Positions 32,581 to 43,416 are shown, numbered from the stretch's first letter. The stretch is 64,000 nucleotides of DNA from Clostridia bacterium (GCA_017626365.1 JAGAIV010000042.1:6126-70125), one strand, 5' to 3'. Notes: generated by a model from the letters alone, not told the origin. Translations and numbers: made by a program.

Positions 32581-34305
32581 ATGGATTATAAAGAAAAATA
32601 TAATAGTTGGTGTCAAAATCCACTTTTTGATGAAGAGACTAAAAAAGAGTTATTTAGCATAAAAGATGATGAAGAAGAAATTAAAGACCGTTTCTATAAA
32701 GACTTAGAATTTGGAACAGGAGGATTAAGAGGAATTATTGGAAATGGAACAAATCGAATGAATCAATATACGGTAACAAAAGCAACACAAGGTCTTGCAA
32801 ATTATATTATAGAAAAAGGAAAGCAAGAAAAAGGAGTTGCTATTAGTTACGATTCTAGAAACATGTCAAAAGAATTTAGTGAGCAAACAGCCTTATGCCT
32901 TAATGCAAACGGAATCAAAACATATGTATTTGAATCTTTAAGACCAGTACCAGAATTATCATTCGCTGTTCGTAAACTCGGATGCACTGCCGGAATCATG
33001 ATTACAGCAAGTCATAACCCACCAAAATACAATGGATACAAAGTATATTGGGATGATGGAGCACAAATTGTATCACCTGTCGATAAAGAAGTTATAGAAA
33101 AAGTAAATGAAATTACCGACTTTGCTATGGTAAAAACCATGGATAAACAGGAAGCAATTCAATCAGGCTTATATCATCAAATTGGAAGTGAAATTGATGA
33201 TGCCTATATGCAAGAATTAAAAAAACAATGTCTTAATCCAGAAGTCATAAAAGAAGTAGAAAAAGACATTAGTATTGTTTATACACCACTACATGGAACT
33301 GGAAATATGCCAGTTACTAGAATACTAAAAGAATTAGGATTTACAAATGTTTATGTAGTTCCAGAACAAGAAAAACCAGATGGAAACTTCCCAACAGTAG
33401 ATTATCCAAACCCAGAAGATGCAAAAGCCTTCAAATTAGCGCTAGAACTTGCAAAAAAAGTAAATGCAGACGTAGTACTTGCAACAGACCCAGATGCAGA
33501 CCGACTTGGAGTATATGCAAAGGATTCTAAAACAGGAGAATATATGCCATTTACCGGAAATATGTCTGGAATGTTAATTGCAGAATACCTATTAAGCCAA
33601 AGAAGCAAAAAAGGAATATTACCAACAAATGGAGCATTTATCAAAACAATCGTATCCACTAATATGGCAGATGCCATTGCAAAAGAATATGGCATGAAAC
33701 TAATCGAAGTATTAACAGGCTTCAAATATATTGGAGAAAAAATAAGAGAATTTGAACAAACGAAAGAATATGAATATCAATTTGGATTTGAAGAAAGTTA
33801 TGGATGCTTAGTAGGAACTCATGCAAGAGATAAAGACGGTATTGCTGCTGTTATGATACTTTGCGAAGCCACAGCATTCTATAAAAAACAAGGATTAACG
33901 CTATGGGATCAAATGATAAACCTATATGAAAAATATGGTTACTATAAAGAAGGAATTAGCTCTATCACCATGGAGGGAGCATCAGGTGCCGAAAAAATAA
34001 AAGAAATCATGGACAATTTAAGACAAAACCCACCTACTGAATTTGGAAAATATAAAGTATTAGAAATAAAAGATTATAAACTAAGCGAAGCGAAAAACTT
34101 ACAAACAGGAGAAACATCCGAAATCACATTACCAACATCAAATGTATTATACTATGAACTTGAAAACAACAGTTGGTGTTGTGCTCGTCCATCCGGAACA
34201 GAACCAAAAATTAAATTCTATATGGGAATCAAAGCAACTTCAATGGAAGAGGCTAATAAGGAATTAGAAGAACTAAAACAAGCAGTATTAGAGGTTGTAA
34301 AATAA
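32581..34305 (+). CDS. pgcA: Phosphoglucomutase/phosphomannomutase
   Basis: FGTGGLRG, TASHNP, DPDADR, FEESYG, RPSGTEPK. Confidence 0.93.
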   Translation: MDYKEKYNSWCQNPLFDEETKKELFSIKDDEEEIKDRFYKDLEFGTGGLRGIIGNGTNRMNQYTVTKATQGLANYIIEKGKQEKGVAISYDSRNMSKEFSEQTALCLNANGIKTYVFESLRPVPELSFAVRKLGCTAGIMITASHNPPKYNGYKVYWDDGAQIVSPVDKEVIEKVNEITDFAMVKTMDKQEAIQSGLYHQIGSEIDDAYMQELKKQCLNPEVIKEVEKDISIVYTPLHGTGNMPVTRILKELGFTNVYVVPEQEKPDGNFPTVDYPNPEDAKAFKLALELAKKVNADVVLATDPDADRLGVYAKDSKTGEYMPFTGNMSGMLIAEYLLSQRSKKGILPTNGAFIKTIVSTNMADAIAKEYGMKLIEVLTGFKYIGEKIREFEQTKEYEYQFGFEESYGCLVGTHARDKDGIAAVMILCEATAFYKKQGLTLWDQMINLYEKYGYYKEGISSITMEGASGAEKIKEIMDNLRQNPPTEFGKYKVLEIKDYKLSEAKNLQTGETSEITLPTSNVLYYELENNSWCCARPSGTEPKIKFYMGIKATSMEEANKELEELKQAVLEVVK

Positions 34306-34306
34306 G

Positions 34307-34338
34307 CAAGAAGAACAGGATTATTCCTGTTCTTCTTG
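34307..34338. terminator. Bidirectional terminator
   Basis: CAAGAAGAACAGGA-ttat-TCCTGTTCTTCTTG between convergent genes. Confidence 0.8.
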
Positions 34339-35043
34339 TTTCCAGCCTTTTATATTACTTCTCATAATCGCCCCATATAAATTAGCTTTTACATGAGGAA
34401 TATCTATTTGTAAATCATGAATCATTTTCTTCATATCTTCTCTTTTAGAAACCCCATCCATAGGGCAAGTCTTCGGCATAACGGTAATATTGTTTTTCTT
34501 AACAAATCTTTTTGTCTCTTTTTCTGGAGTATAAATTAATGGTCTAATTAGAGTCATTTTGGAACGGTCCATATAGCTTACGGGAGCAAACGTTGAAATA
34601 CTTCCTGTATAAAATAAGTTTAATAAAAATGTTTCTAAAACATCATCTTCATTATGTCCAAGTGCAATTTTGTTACATCCCTCGCGAATGGCAGTGGTAT
34701 TTAAGATACCACGACGAAGATTTGCACATAAAGAACATGGATTTTTCTCATTTCTTATATCAAACACAATCTCTTTAATATGGCTTTCCTCACAAAAAAA
34801 GGGAACCCCAATTTCCTTACAAACATTCTCCAAAAGACCACGGTCAAAAAACTCAAAACCAGGGTCAACACTAATTGCAATCAAATCAAATTTTTTCGGA
34901 TAAAAGCGCGCTAAAGCCTTTAATGCAGAAAGTAACGTAATAGAATCCTTACCGCCAGACAAACCAACAGCAATTTTATCTCCTTCTTCAATCATATGAA
35001 AATCCTCAATAGCTTTTCTTAAATAACCTAATATTTTTTGCAT
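34321..35043 (-). CDS. ttcA: tRNA 2-thiocytidine biosynthesis protein TtcA family
   Basis: SGGKDS PP-loop, CSLCANLRRG, GHNEDD, IRPL. Confidence 0.9.
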   Translation of the reverse strand: MQKILGYLRKAIEDFHMIEEGDKIAVGLSGGKDSITLLSALKALARFYPKKFDLIAISVDPGFEFFDRGLLENVCKEIGVPFFCEESHIKEIVFDIRNEKNPCSLCANLRRGILNTTAIREGCNKIALGHNEDDVLETFLLNLFYTGSISTFAPVSYMDRSKMTLIRPLIYTPEKETKRFVKKNNITVMPKTCPMDGVSKREDMKKMIHDLQIDIPHVKANLYGAIMRSNIKGWKQEEQE

Positions 35044-35246
35044 GATACTCTCTCCTTACATATAAACTATTATACAAGCCAATCATATAAAATTCAACGA
35101 AATTTAGTATTTTTTTAAAATTTGCAAAATTAACATAAAAGTAGTATAATGTTATTGTAATTAGCATAAACATTTAAAAGTATAGTTGATTTTGTAACTA
35201 AATCTAGCAAAACTGTAAAAAACTGGTTAATTTTTGCAAAAAAGTA

Positions 35247-35275
35247 TTGCAAAATCAAAACAACTCTAGTATAAT
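35247..35275 (+). promoter_or_regulatory. SigA promoter with no downstream CDS
   Basis: TTGCAA-17 nt-TATAAT. Confidence 0.65.
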
Positions 35276-35280
35276 ACAAT

Positions 35281-35408
35281 GTACAGATATGAGAATAAAT
35301 AAGTCATGTTATTTATTCCTCCTTTATAAATCTGTAAAACGAGTAGTTTAGAAATTTACTCACGTAAATGGAACAAAAAAGACTAGAGCTGGCGGGCTCT
35401 AGTCTTTT
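35281..35408 (+). ncRNA. Candidate small RNA (about 128 nt)
   Basis: Starts just after the promoter and ends in the terminator GACTAGAGC-tggcgg-GCTCTAGTC-TTTT; internal stems TACAGAT/ATCTGTA, GAATAAATAA/TTATTTATTC, GAGTA/TACTC; contains anti-SD CCTCCTTT. Confidence 0.6.
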
Positions 35409-35418
35409 GCTATATGTA

Positions 35419-35499
35419 TTAATTACAAAAACCTTTAAAGATTTTATAAAGCAATGTCAACACATAGACTTTAACGAATAGTTTAATCCATTTTTTCAC
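35419..35499 (-). CDS. 26-aa basic/hydrophobic peptide (candidate type I toxin or small membrane peptide)
   Basis: AAAGGAGGTGA RBS, GTG start, MKKWIKLFVKVYVLTLLYKIFKGFCN*; converges on the sRNA terminator. Confidence 0.6.
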   Translation of the reverse strand: MKKWIKLFVKVYVLTLLYKIFKGFCN

Positions 35500-35834
35500 G
35501 TAATTCACCTCCTTTGCAGACAAACAAAAAAAGGATAAAATGGAATAAAACTATTATATGATGAAAGAGAAAAATAATCAATAAAAAACAAATAAAAAAA
35601 TAATTTTTTACATTTTTGTAAAAAAATGTAAAAACATTAATAATAATTTATAAAATTTTTAAGGAAAGTTATGTTCTAGGAACATGACTCTATTTTTCTG
35701 CTTTAAATAAGTTTTATATTTTATTAAAATAAATATTTAAATAGGATTGATAAAAAAATATATATATTATAAAATAAAAGATGTAAAAAAATATTTAATA
35801 TAGATAATAGCAAGCAAATTTTTAAATAAAATAT

Positions 35835-35910
<76 letters not shown>

Positions 35911-35951
35911 GAACTTGCTACGCAAGAGTGAAAAGTGAAAAGGTGGAACCA

Positions 35952-36416
35952 ATGCAAGAAAAAGAAAAATTTATGAAAGAAGCATTAAAAGAAGCTCTAA
36001 AAGCATACGATAAATTAGAAGTACCAGTTGGCGCAGTTATTGTAAAAGACTCTAAAATAATTGCAAGAGCTCACAACATAAAAGAAGAAAAAAATGACAC
36101 AACAAAACATGCAGAAATTTTAGCAATCAGCAAAGCAAGTAAAAAGTTACAAAGTTGGAGATTAACAGATTGTGAAATGTATGTAACCCTAGAACCATGT
36201 TCTATGTGCGCTGGAGCATTAATCAATTCAAGAATCAAAAAAGTATACATAGGGACTATGGATTCAAAAACAGGTGCATGCGGTTCAGTATTAAACTTAT
36301 TAAAAGATTATACCTTCAATCATAAAGTAGAAGTAGAAACAGGAGTATTACAAGAAAATTGTGAAGCATTACTTAAAAAATTCTTCAAAGAATTACGAGC
36401 AATTAAGAAAAAATAA
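35952..36416 (+). CDS. tadA: tRNA adenosine(34) deaminase
   Basis: EVPVGAVIV, HAE, YVTLEPCSMCAGA, KTGACGS, FNH. Confidence 0.96.
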   Translation: MQEKEKFMKEALKEALKAYDKLEVPVGAVIVKDSKIIARAHNIKEEKNDTTKHAEILAISKASKKLQSWRLTDCEMYVTLEPCSMCAGALINSRIKKVYIGTMDSKTGACGSVLNLLKDYTFNHKVEVETGVLQENCEALLKKFFKELRAIKKK

Positions 36417-36426
36417 TGATAAATAT

Positions 36427-36517
36427 GGAGAGATGTCTGAGAGGTTTAAGGTGTATGTCTCGAAAACATATGTAGGGTGATACCCTACCGTGGGTTCGAA
36501 TCCCACTCTCTCCGCCA
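36427..36517 (+). tRNA. tRNA-Ser(CGA)
   Basis: GGAGAGATGTCTGAGAGGTTTAAGGTGTATGT-CTCGAAA-ACATA, long variable arm GTAGGG/CCCTAC, GTTCGAATC, GCCA end. Confidence 0.96.
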
Positions 36518-36530
36518 AAAGGAGTCCAAA

Positions 36531-37268
36531 ATGGAAAAATCAAAATTCTTAAGAAAAAACCTTGTTATTATTATAATTGCAATCATCGCAATTATTGTTG
36601 GAAGTATTATCATGAGGTACAGTGTAGAGGGAGAAGAAAATCTTCCATTTCAAGTATCTAAAATAATGGTAATAAGCAATGCTTCTGGCATACAAAGACA
36701 AGAAAGCCAATACAAATGGGATTTAAACGTAGTACAAAACAATGATATCTATATTGATATATTAAAAAACAAAAATTATAACAAAGAAGAAATTATAGAT
36801 AAAGTTATTTTTAGCAATTTTGAGATAAATGAGAAACCTAAAAAAGGCGAAGTTACTGTATATAGTTCAGCAAGCCTAGAAAATGGAATATATAATAATG
36901 AAGAACAATACAAAATAACAGATACGTTAGAATACATAGGAAATGAAGAAAAATCGGATATGAAAAATTTACAAATTTCCAACCAAGGAGGACTTATCCT
37001 TTTAAGGGTAGTAAACGAAAACTTGGGAACATATACATCAAATGAAGATGAAGAAATTAGACATGATGGAACATTACTTGGAAAATTAGGATTAACAAAT
37101 GAAGATGTAACATTTACAATATCATTTGACTTATCCATAGAATTAAAATCAGATAAAAACTATAAAGCAAAAGTAACCTTAGAATTACCAAAAGGAAATT
37201 TAGCTACAGAAGGTACAACAAATTATCAAATTTCTGGTACAGAAGAACTTGTATTTAAAAGATACTAA
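36531..37268 (+). CDS. Hypothetical membrane-anchored protein
   Basis: ATG 36531 after an AAGGAG RBS (the ORF-track start overlaps the tRNA); N-terminal TM helix. Confidence 0.75.
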   Translation: MEKSKFLRKNLVIIIIAIIAIIVGSIIMRYSVEGEENLPFQVSKIMVISNASGIQRQESQYKWDLNVVQNNDIYIDILKNKNYNKEEIIDKVIFSNFEINEKPKKGEVTVYSSASLENGIYNNEEQYKITDTLEYIGNEEKSDMKNLQISNQGGLILLRVVNENLGTYTSNEDEEIRHDGTLLGKLGLTNEDVTFTISFDLSIELKSDKNYKAKVTLELPKGNLATEGTTNYQISGTEELVFKRY

Positions 37269-37328
37269 AAATGCATAAAATGAAATATAACTATTGCTAA
37301 AACTAAATTTTCATTATATAATTGCAAA

Positions 37329-37468
37329 TGGTATGAGTTCTTATACTTGTATGGAGAACAACTCTGATAAAAAGCTATGAACCTTGTCAGGTCGGAAACG
37401 AAGCAGCAATAAGTAGTGGATTATGTGGAAGTTGTTTTCCATAGAGGTATAAGGAAAGCTCACACCAT
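37329..37468 (+). ncRNA. ffs: Signal recognition particle RNA
   Basis: Domain IV core TCAGGTCGGAAACGAAGCAGCA inside a long hairpin (GGTATGAG.../...CTCACACC); conserved position upstream of dnaX. Confidence 0.9.
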
Positions 37469-37491
37469 TTTTTAAAAGAGGTGAAAGCAAA

Positions 37492-39069
37492 ATGGAATAT
37501 ACAGCACTATATAGAAAATTTAGACCACTAACATTTAGTGAATTAGTAGGGCAAGACCATATTACAAAAACACTAAAAAATCAGATTAAATCTGGTAGAA
37601 TTGGACATGCTTACCTTTTTAATGGTGGACGTGGAACTGGTAAAACATCTTCTGCAAAAATATTTGCAAGAGCGATTAACTGCCTAAATCCAAAAGATGG
37701 AGAGCCATGTAACGAATGTGAAATTTGTAAAGCAATGTTAGAAGGTTCCTTAACCGATGTAGTAGAAATGGACGCTGCATCAAATAATAGTGTAGAAGAT
37801 ATTCGTTCCATAAGAGATGAAGTAAATTTCTTACCAACACTTGCAAAATATCGTGTATACATTATAGACGAGGTTCATATGTTATCAACAGGAGCATTTA
37901 ATGCCCTTTTAAAAACATTAGAAGAACCACCAGCACATGTTAAATTCATACTAGCTACAACCGAACCACAAAAATTACCAGCAACCATTCTTTCAAGATG
38001 CCAAAGATTTGATTTTAAGCGTATTTCAGATGAAGATATTGTAAAAAGATTAAAAATTGTTTGTGAACAAAGTCAAATACAAATTACAGAAGAAGCATTA
38101 AACATTATTGCAGTTCTAGCAGAAGGGGCAGCAAGAGATGCTTTAAGTATATTAGAAAGATGTAGCCAAGAACAAGATGGAACAATTGATGGAGATTTAG
38201 TAAAAGCATTAGTAGGAATTCCTAAAATTACATTTGTAAATAAAATAGTAGAGGCTATTATTTCGTATAAGTCAGAAGAGGCATTACAAGCATTAGAAGA
38301 AGTGTTACAAGATGGAAAAGATTTAAATAATTTGTTATGGGAAATTATAAAATATGTAAAAGACATTTTAGTATATAAAACAAGTAAAAATTTAAATTTA
38401 TATAATAAAGAAGAACTAGCTGGAATAGAAAAGTTATCAGCAAATGTTTCAAAAGAGCGTTTAATCAATTTAATTTATGAATTATCAGAAATTGAAAATA
38501 ATATAAAATGGTCATCACAAAAAGAAATCATGCTACAAACAGGCATTATCAAATTATCTACAAATGTGACTTATGATGGAATAGAAGAGTTAAAAAAGAA
38601 AGTACAAGATTTGGAAAATAAAATAAATAGTGGAAATATCACTGTAAAAAGTGCCAATTCAAATAGTTTACCAAAAGAATCAATAACACAAAAGCAAGAA
38701 ACAAAAAAAGTAGAATCAAAAGCAAACATTGCTAATTTAAAATCAGAAGAATATTGGCCAAAGGTAGTAAATAGTTTAAAAGATTCTGGTAAAATGATAT
38801 TGTATTCAAATTTAGTAAATACAAAAGCAAAACAAAAAGATGATTTAACCATAGAAGTTATTTTTCCAAATGGATTAACCAAATTTGGAAAAGATTTATT
38901 GCAAAGACCAGAGAATATGAAAGAAATTGTAAGACTGGTATCTATGGAATGTGGAAAAGAAATGAGAATTCAATATATTGATGCAGCAAACTATGTTCCA
39001 AAGGAAGAAAATAGTATAGAAGACATGGTAAAGAAGTTAGATATACCGGTTAATATTATAGAAGAATAA
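37492..39069 (+). CDS. dnaX: DNA polymerase III subunit gamma/tau
   Basis: [41 protein letters not shown]. Confidence 0.98.
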   Translation: MEYTALYRKFRPLTFSELVGQDHITKTLKNQIKSGRIGHAYLFNGGRGTGKTSSAKIFARAINCLNPKDGEPCNECEICKAMLEGSLTDVVEMDAASNNSVEDIRSIRDEVNFLPTLAKYRVYIIDEVHMLSTGAFNALLKTLEEPPAHVKFILATTEPQKLPATILSRCQRFDFKRISDEDIVKRLKIVCEQSQIQITEEALNIIAVLAEGAARDALSILERCSQEQDGTIDGDLVKALVGIPKITFVNKIVEAIISYKSEEALQALEEVLQDGKDLNNLLWEIIKYVKDILVYKTSKNLNLYNKEELAGIEKLSANVSKERLINLIYELSEIENNIKWSSQKEIMLQTGIIKLSTNVTYDGIEELKKKVQDLENKINSGNITVKSANSNSLPKESITQKQETKKVESKANIANLKSEEYWPKVVNSLKDSGKMILYSNLVNTKAKQKDDLTIEVIFPNGLTKFGKDLLQRPENMKEIVRLVSMECGKEMRIQYIDAANYVPKEENSIEDMVKKLDIPVNIIEE

Positions 39070-39082
39070 GGAGGAAAAGAAA

Positions 39083-39427
39083 ATGGCAAAAAGAGGAGGA
39101 TTCCCAGGAATGGGCGGAGGATTTGGAGGAATGAATCTAAATAACCTTATGAAAGAAGCAAAAAAAATGCAAGCTGACTTAGAAAAAACACAAGAAGAAC
39201 TAAGTGTAAAAGAATTTGATGCAACAGTAGGTGGAGGAGCAGTATCTGTAAAAGTTACAGGAGATAAACAAGTAAAAGAAATCACAATACAAAAAGATGT
39301 AGTAGACCCAGATGATGTAGAAATGTTACAAGATTTAATCTTAACATGCGTAAACGAAGCATTAAGAAAAGTAGATGCTGCAACTGCAGCATCAATGGGA
39401 AAATTCAATATACCAGGATTAATGTAA
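39083..39427 (+). CDS. ebfC: YbaB/EbfC nucleoid-associated protein
   Basis: [28 protein letters not shown]; between dnaX and recR. Confidence 0.95.
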   Translation: MAKRGGFPGMGGGFGGMNLNNLMKEAKKMQADLEKTQEELSVKEFDATVGGGAVSVKVTGDKQVKEITIQKDVVDPDDVEMLQDLILTCVNEALRKVDAATAASMGKFNIPGLM

Positions 39428-39428
39428 T

Positions 39429-39453
39429 GTAGGGGCGGGCTATATGTCCGCCC
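39429..39453 (+). repeat. REP-like palindrome (GTAG type)
   Basis: GTAG-GGGCGGGC-tatat-GTCCGCCC directly after a stop codon. Confidence 0.65.
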
Positions 39454-39481
39454 AAAACAGCATAAAAAGGAGAAAAAAATA

Positions 39482-40081
39482 ATGTCATATTATTCACCAT
39501 CAATCGAAAAATTAGTCGAAAGTTTTGAAAAATTACCAAGTATTGGACATAAAACAGCAGTAAGACTTGCATTTCATATGTTAGATGCAAGCGAACAAGA
39601 AGTACAAGAATTCATCACATCAATTACCACAGCAAAACAAAACCTAAAATACTGTTCAAAATGCTATAATATATCAGATACGGACCCATGTCCAATATGT
39701 GCAAACCCAAAAAGAGATGAAAGTATTATATGCGTAGTAGAAGATGTAAAAGATATAATAGCTATGGAAAAAACACACGAATTTAAAGGCGTATACCATG
39801 TATTACATGGTTCTATTTCACCAATGAATGGAGTAGGACCAGACGACATCAAACTAAAAGAGCTACTTTCTAGACTAAATCCAGAAACAGTAAAAGAAAT
39901 CATACTTGCAACAAACCCAAGAGTAGAGGGAGAAGCAACAGCAATGTACATATCAAAATTAGTAAAACCATTAGGAATAAAAGTAACAAGAATAGCACAT
40001 GGAATCCCGGTAGGAGGAGACCTAGAATACACAGACGAAATAACTCTAACTAAAGCACTAGAAGGAAGAAGAGAAATATAA
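39482..40081 (+). CDS. recR: Recombination mediator RecR
   Basis: [17 protein letters not shown]...CPIC zinc finger, YHVLHG, EGEATA, GGDLEY. Confidence 0.98.
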   Translation: MSYYSPSIEKLVESFEKLPSIGHKTAVRLAFHMLDASEQEVQEFITSITTAKQNLKYCSKCYNISDTDPCPICANPKRDESIICVVEDVKDIIAMEKTHEFKGVYHVLHGSISPMNGVGPDDIKLKELLSRLNPETVKEIILATNPRVEGEATAMYISKLVKPLGIKVTRIAHGIPVGGDLEYTDEITLTKALEGRREI

Positions 40082-40095
40082 GCCTTAAGAAAAAA

Positions 40096-40323
40096 CTACT
40101 TTATAAAAAACGGAGGATTTTTTCCTCCGTTTTTTAAATCTTCTTCTTCAGCATCAGCAGCGGCAATTGTACTCAAATTAGAACCTAAAGCAGATAAAAA
40201 ATTACCTAAAGTATCAATTTCATCAGGAGATAGGCCTTGACTAATAATAATAGCAAGAGCACTTGAAAGAGCAACTAATTCAGCACCAGATAAACTATCT
40301 AAGAAATCAATCAAGAACCTCAC
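40096..40323 (-). CDS. Small conserved Clostridial protein (DUF6774-like)
   Basis: ELVALSSALAIIISQGLSPDEIDTLGNFLSALGSNLSTIA; GAG-containing RBS region. Confidence 0.7.
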   Translation of the reverse strand: MRFLIDFLDSLSGAELVALSSALAIIISQGLSPDEIDTLGNFLSALGSNLSTIAAADAEEEDLKNGGKNPPFFIK

Positions 40324-40436
40324 CTCATATGAAAATATATGAAGTGAGATTGATTTCTATTACTTTTGTCGAAAAATATTGAATTTTATGTAAAATTAAT
40401 ATATAATAAATATATTCCAAATAAGGAGGAGCCGAT

Positions 40437-40703
40437 ATGGTAAGAGAATTTAATTGTGAGGAACGGCATATTCATGTAAATGTCGTTGGGGTGGGAGATG
40501 TGATTACAATTCCCAAAGGAGTTGCTGTAAATTGGGTACTAAAGGATATTCAATTAGATGGTTTGTATGAAATGAACTTTGATATTGTGATGGCAACTAA
40601 ACATCACAATATGTTATGCAACAAGTCATGGTACAGAATTTGCAGAAGCTCTAATCAAGCAATACTGAAAAGAATTGTTGGAGCTAGTGTAATAGGAGAG
40701 TAA
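40437..40703 (+). CDS. Hypothetical protein (contains an unshifted in-frame CGG)
   Basis: 88-aa ORF with an AAGGGAG RBS; no recognisable family. Confidence 0.55.
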   Translation: MVREFNCEERHIHVNVVGVGDVITIPKGVAVNWVLKDIQLDGLYEMNFDIVMATKHHNMLCNKSWYRICRSSNQAILKRIVGASVIGE

Positions 40704-40739
40704 TTTCTGTTACATAAAAAGGGTTAGAACTGAAACGTT

Positions 40740-41871
40740 CTAGCCCTTTTTTAAAATAATTTCACAAATATCTTTACAAGAATTTTTCTTAGCAAGAAGT
40801 CTTGCATTTGTTTTCATTTTTTGCATTTTCTCAGGAGAAGAAAATAATTCTTTTAAAATTTCTCCAGCATCATCTTTCTTTTTAATCCAAATAGCTACAC
40901 CTTTGCTTTCCAAAAAGCTAGCATTTTCTTCTTCTTGGCCAGGAATTGGATTAATCACAATAATTGGTAATCCGTGATGCTAAACTTTCAGAAGTAGTTA
41001 GTCCACCAGGTTTTGTTATTACTAGATCAGAAACACTCATTAACTCAGGAACTTTTGTTGTATAATCCAATACTTTAATAGAATCTTCTTTATGTTCTTG
41101 TTCTACCAAATACTCAAAGCTACGTTTCATTTTAGGATTTCTTCCAGAAATCGCAACAACTTGAATATTATCAAAATCTTTTGCTAATGTACCTAACAAT
41201 TCATATGTCTTAGACTTACCAAGGCCAAATTCACCACCTGCAAAAAATAGAACTGTTCTTTTATTGTCTACTAATCCTAATTCATTTAAAATTTCTTTTT
41301 TATTATAGCTTTTTAAGAAACGATTTGATAAAGGAATACCAGTAGCAAAAATTTTATTATCATCAATTCCTTTATCAATTAAATCTTGTTTCATTCCATC
41401 ATGAGCAACAAAAAAATAATCAATCAAATCAGCATTCACAAGCCATTGATCATGTGGTGCATAATCTGTCATAACAGTCGCAATTTTAGCATGAATCTTA
41501 CCTTTTTGTTTTAAAACAGTACACATTTGTGAACCAAAAGGATGGGTTGAAATAACAAAGTCAGGATTATATTCCTGTAACAATTTATTCAATTTTAAAG
41601 CCATTATTCTATTAGAAGAATTACTAACTTTTGCAAAAACGCCTTTTTGTGAATTAGAATAAATTTTTCCCCATGCCCAAGGCATTTTTTTAGCCATTTC
41701 ATTATAAGCAGTAGTCGTTAACTTATCTAGTGCTTTATTAACATACTTAACACAATCCACTAGATTAATTTCTATATCTTTATAGTGATTCTCAATATAT
41801 TCTTTTATGGAGCGAGCAGCAGATAAATGTCCTCCCCCATAAGCCGCATAAAAAATTAAAACTTTTTTCAT
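40740..41871 (-). CDS. ugtP: Diacylglycerol glycosyltransferase (UgtP/MGDG synthase family); needs +1 recoding at CGG 40974-40972 (about 376 aa)
   Basis: YGGGHLSAA, STHPF, TDY, TGIP, TKPGGLTTSESLAS-[C]GGA-LPIIVINPIPGQEEENA restores the family motif. Confidence 0.9.
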
Positions 41872-41996
41872 AATATCTCCTAAAAAATGATAATTTATAA
41901 ATTTATTTTAACATAAACAAATATAAAATAAAAGAAAAAAATAAAAAATATCACCAGACTTGATATTATGTAAATTATAATGTATAATATAAAAAT

Positions 41997-42821
41997 GTGG
42001 AGGATAAGGGTATGGAAGAAGAAATTAAAAGTATTAACAGAAACTATAATACATTATTTATAGATAATGAAAATGAACAAGAAAAACTAAATAGTGAAAT
42101 AATAGCAGCCTTTAATACAAGAGATTGGAATAGATTAGTCAAAATATCAGAAAGAATACCGAGAGCTGTTTTAATGATAAACGAGAATGAGCTTCTTTAT
42201 CAATTAGGACAATATACATTAGAAAATACACAAGAACAAAGAGAAGATATCATAAATAAAATAAATGTAAACGGTTTAGTAAAACAGATTAATATGGTTA
42301 ACAAAACTGGACTTAATATTACTTTAAAAGATGATACTATTTTAATATGTATTAAAGCAACCGAACAAATTCCTTTGTTAAAAGAAGATGAGAAGATTAC
42401 AACAGAAGATAGATATGGAATATGTCATTCTGCTTCAAAACATTATATTGATATTTTTAAAGACAGTAAATTAGTTACCGGATATGTTTGTGGAGTAATA
42501 GATACAACACGCTATTTACATAGTTGGATTGAATTTGAAGAAGAACAAATAGAATGGGTATTTGATTATACTATGAATGCTTTAATAAATAAGAATGCAT
42601 ATTATAAAATAAACCATGCTACAAAAATTAATGAAATTAATGAAGAGGAAATATATGATGATAAAAGGAAAAAATTTCAAGACAAACTAAAATTCGAAAT
42701 CAAAGGAGAAGAGCATGAATTTGATGATAAAACATATTTAACATGTGCCCAAGAAATAAAAAAAGAATTAAAACAAAAAAATCCAGCAATTTATAAAGAA
42801 ATTTTTGAAGAGGAAAGATAA
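41997..42821 (+). CDS. Hypothetical protein (possible Cys-His-Asp transglutaminase/protease-like)
   Basis: GICH...LVTGY...HSWIE...VFDYT pattern; own promoter-like TATAAT upstream. Confidence 0.65.
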   Translation: MEDKGMEEEIKSINRNYNTLFIDNENEQEKLNSEIIAAFNTRDWNRLVKISERIPRAVLMINENELLYQLGQYTLENTQEQREDIINKINVNGLVKQINMVNKTGLNITLKDDTILICIKATEQIPLLKEDEKITTEDRYGICHSASKHYIDIFKDSKLVTGYVCGVIDTTRYLHSWIEFEEEQIEWVFDYTMNALINKNAYYKINHATKINEINEEEIYDDKRKKFQDKLKFEIKGEEHEFDDKTYLTCAQEIKKELKQKNPAIYKEIFEEER

Positions 42822-42916
42822 AATCTTTCTTCTTTTTTTATTTATATTGAAAAATTAAGAATAAAAAATGAAAAAAATAGCAAAATAAAATTAAAACGAA
42901 AATGGAGGAGAATAAA

Positions 42917-43395
42917 ATGAAAAAATGTTTAAAGACAATATTTATATGCATATGTATGATTTTAAGTATTATTGCAGTTATTCAAGTATTTAACATAGAA
43001 ACAAAACAAACAAAAGTATATGCAGCAAGTGGGAACACTTCAGATTTACAACTAATGGCAAGAGCTATCAATGGAGAAGCAAGAGGAGAACCATATGAAG
43101 GACAAGTAGCTGTTCGGAGCAGTTATATTAAATAGAGTAAAAAGCTCAAAATTTCCTAATACAATAGCAGGAGTAATTTATGAAAAAGGAGCATTTACAG
43201 CAGTATCAGATGGACAAATCAATGTACCAATAAAAGAAGGTTCTACTGTATTAAAAGCAGCGCAAGATGCCATGAATGGTTGGGATCCAACAAACCGGAT
43301 GTATCTACTATTTTAATCCAAATACAGCAACTAACAAATGGATTTGGTCAAGACCACTTGTAAAAACCATAGGGAAACACAGATTCTGTAAATAA
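42917..43395 (+). CDS. sleB: Spore cortex-lytic enzyme SleB-like (Hydrolase_2); needs two +1 recodings (CGG 43115-43117, 43296-43298; about 158 aa)
   Basis: LMARAINGEARGEPYEGQVAV-[C]GGA-AVILNRVKSSKFPNTIAGVIY...AMNGWDPTN-[C]GGA-CIYYFNPNTATNKWIWSRPLVKTIGKHRFCK*; upstream of ypeB. Confidence 0.93.
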
Positions 43396-43416
43396 AAAAC
43401 CGTAAACTTCATTAAA

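Noticed and set aside
35266-35325. 13-aa minus-strand mini-ORF (MTYLFSYLYIVLY) with an AAAGGAGG RBS
   Set aside because: Lies beyond the bidirectional terminator with no evident promoter; more simply the reverse complement of the sRNA anti-SD.
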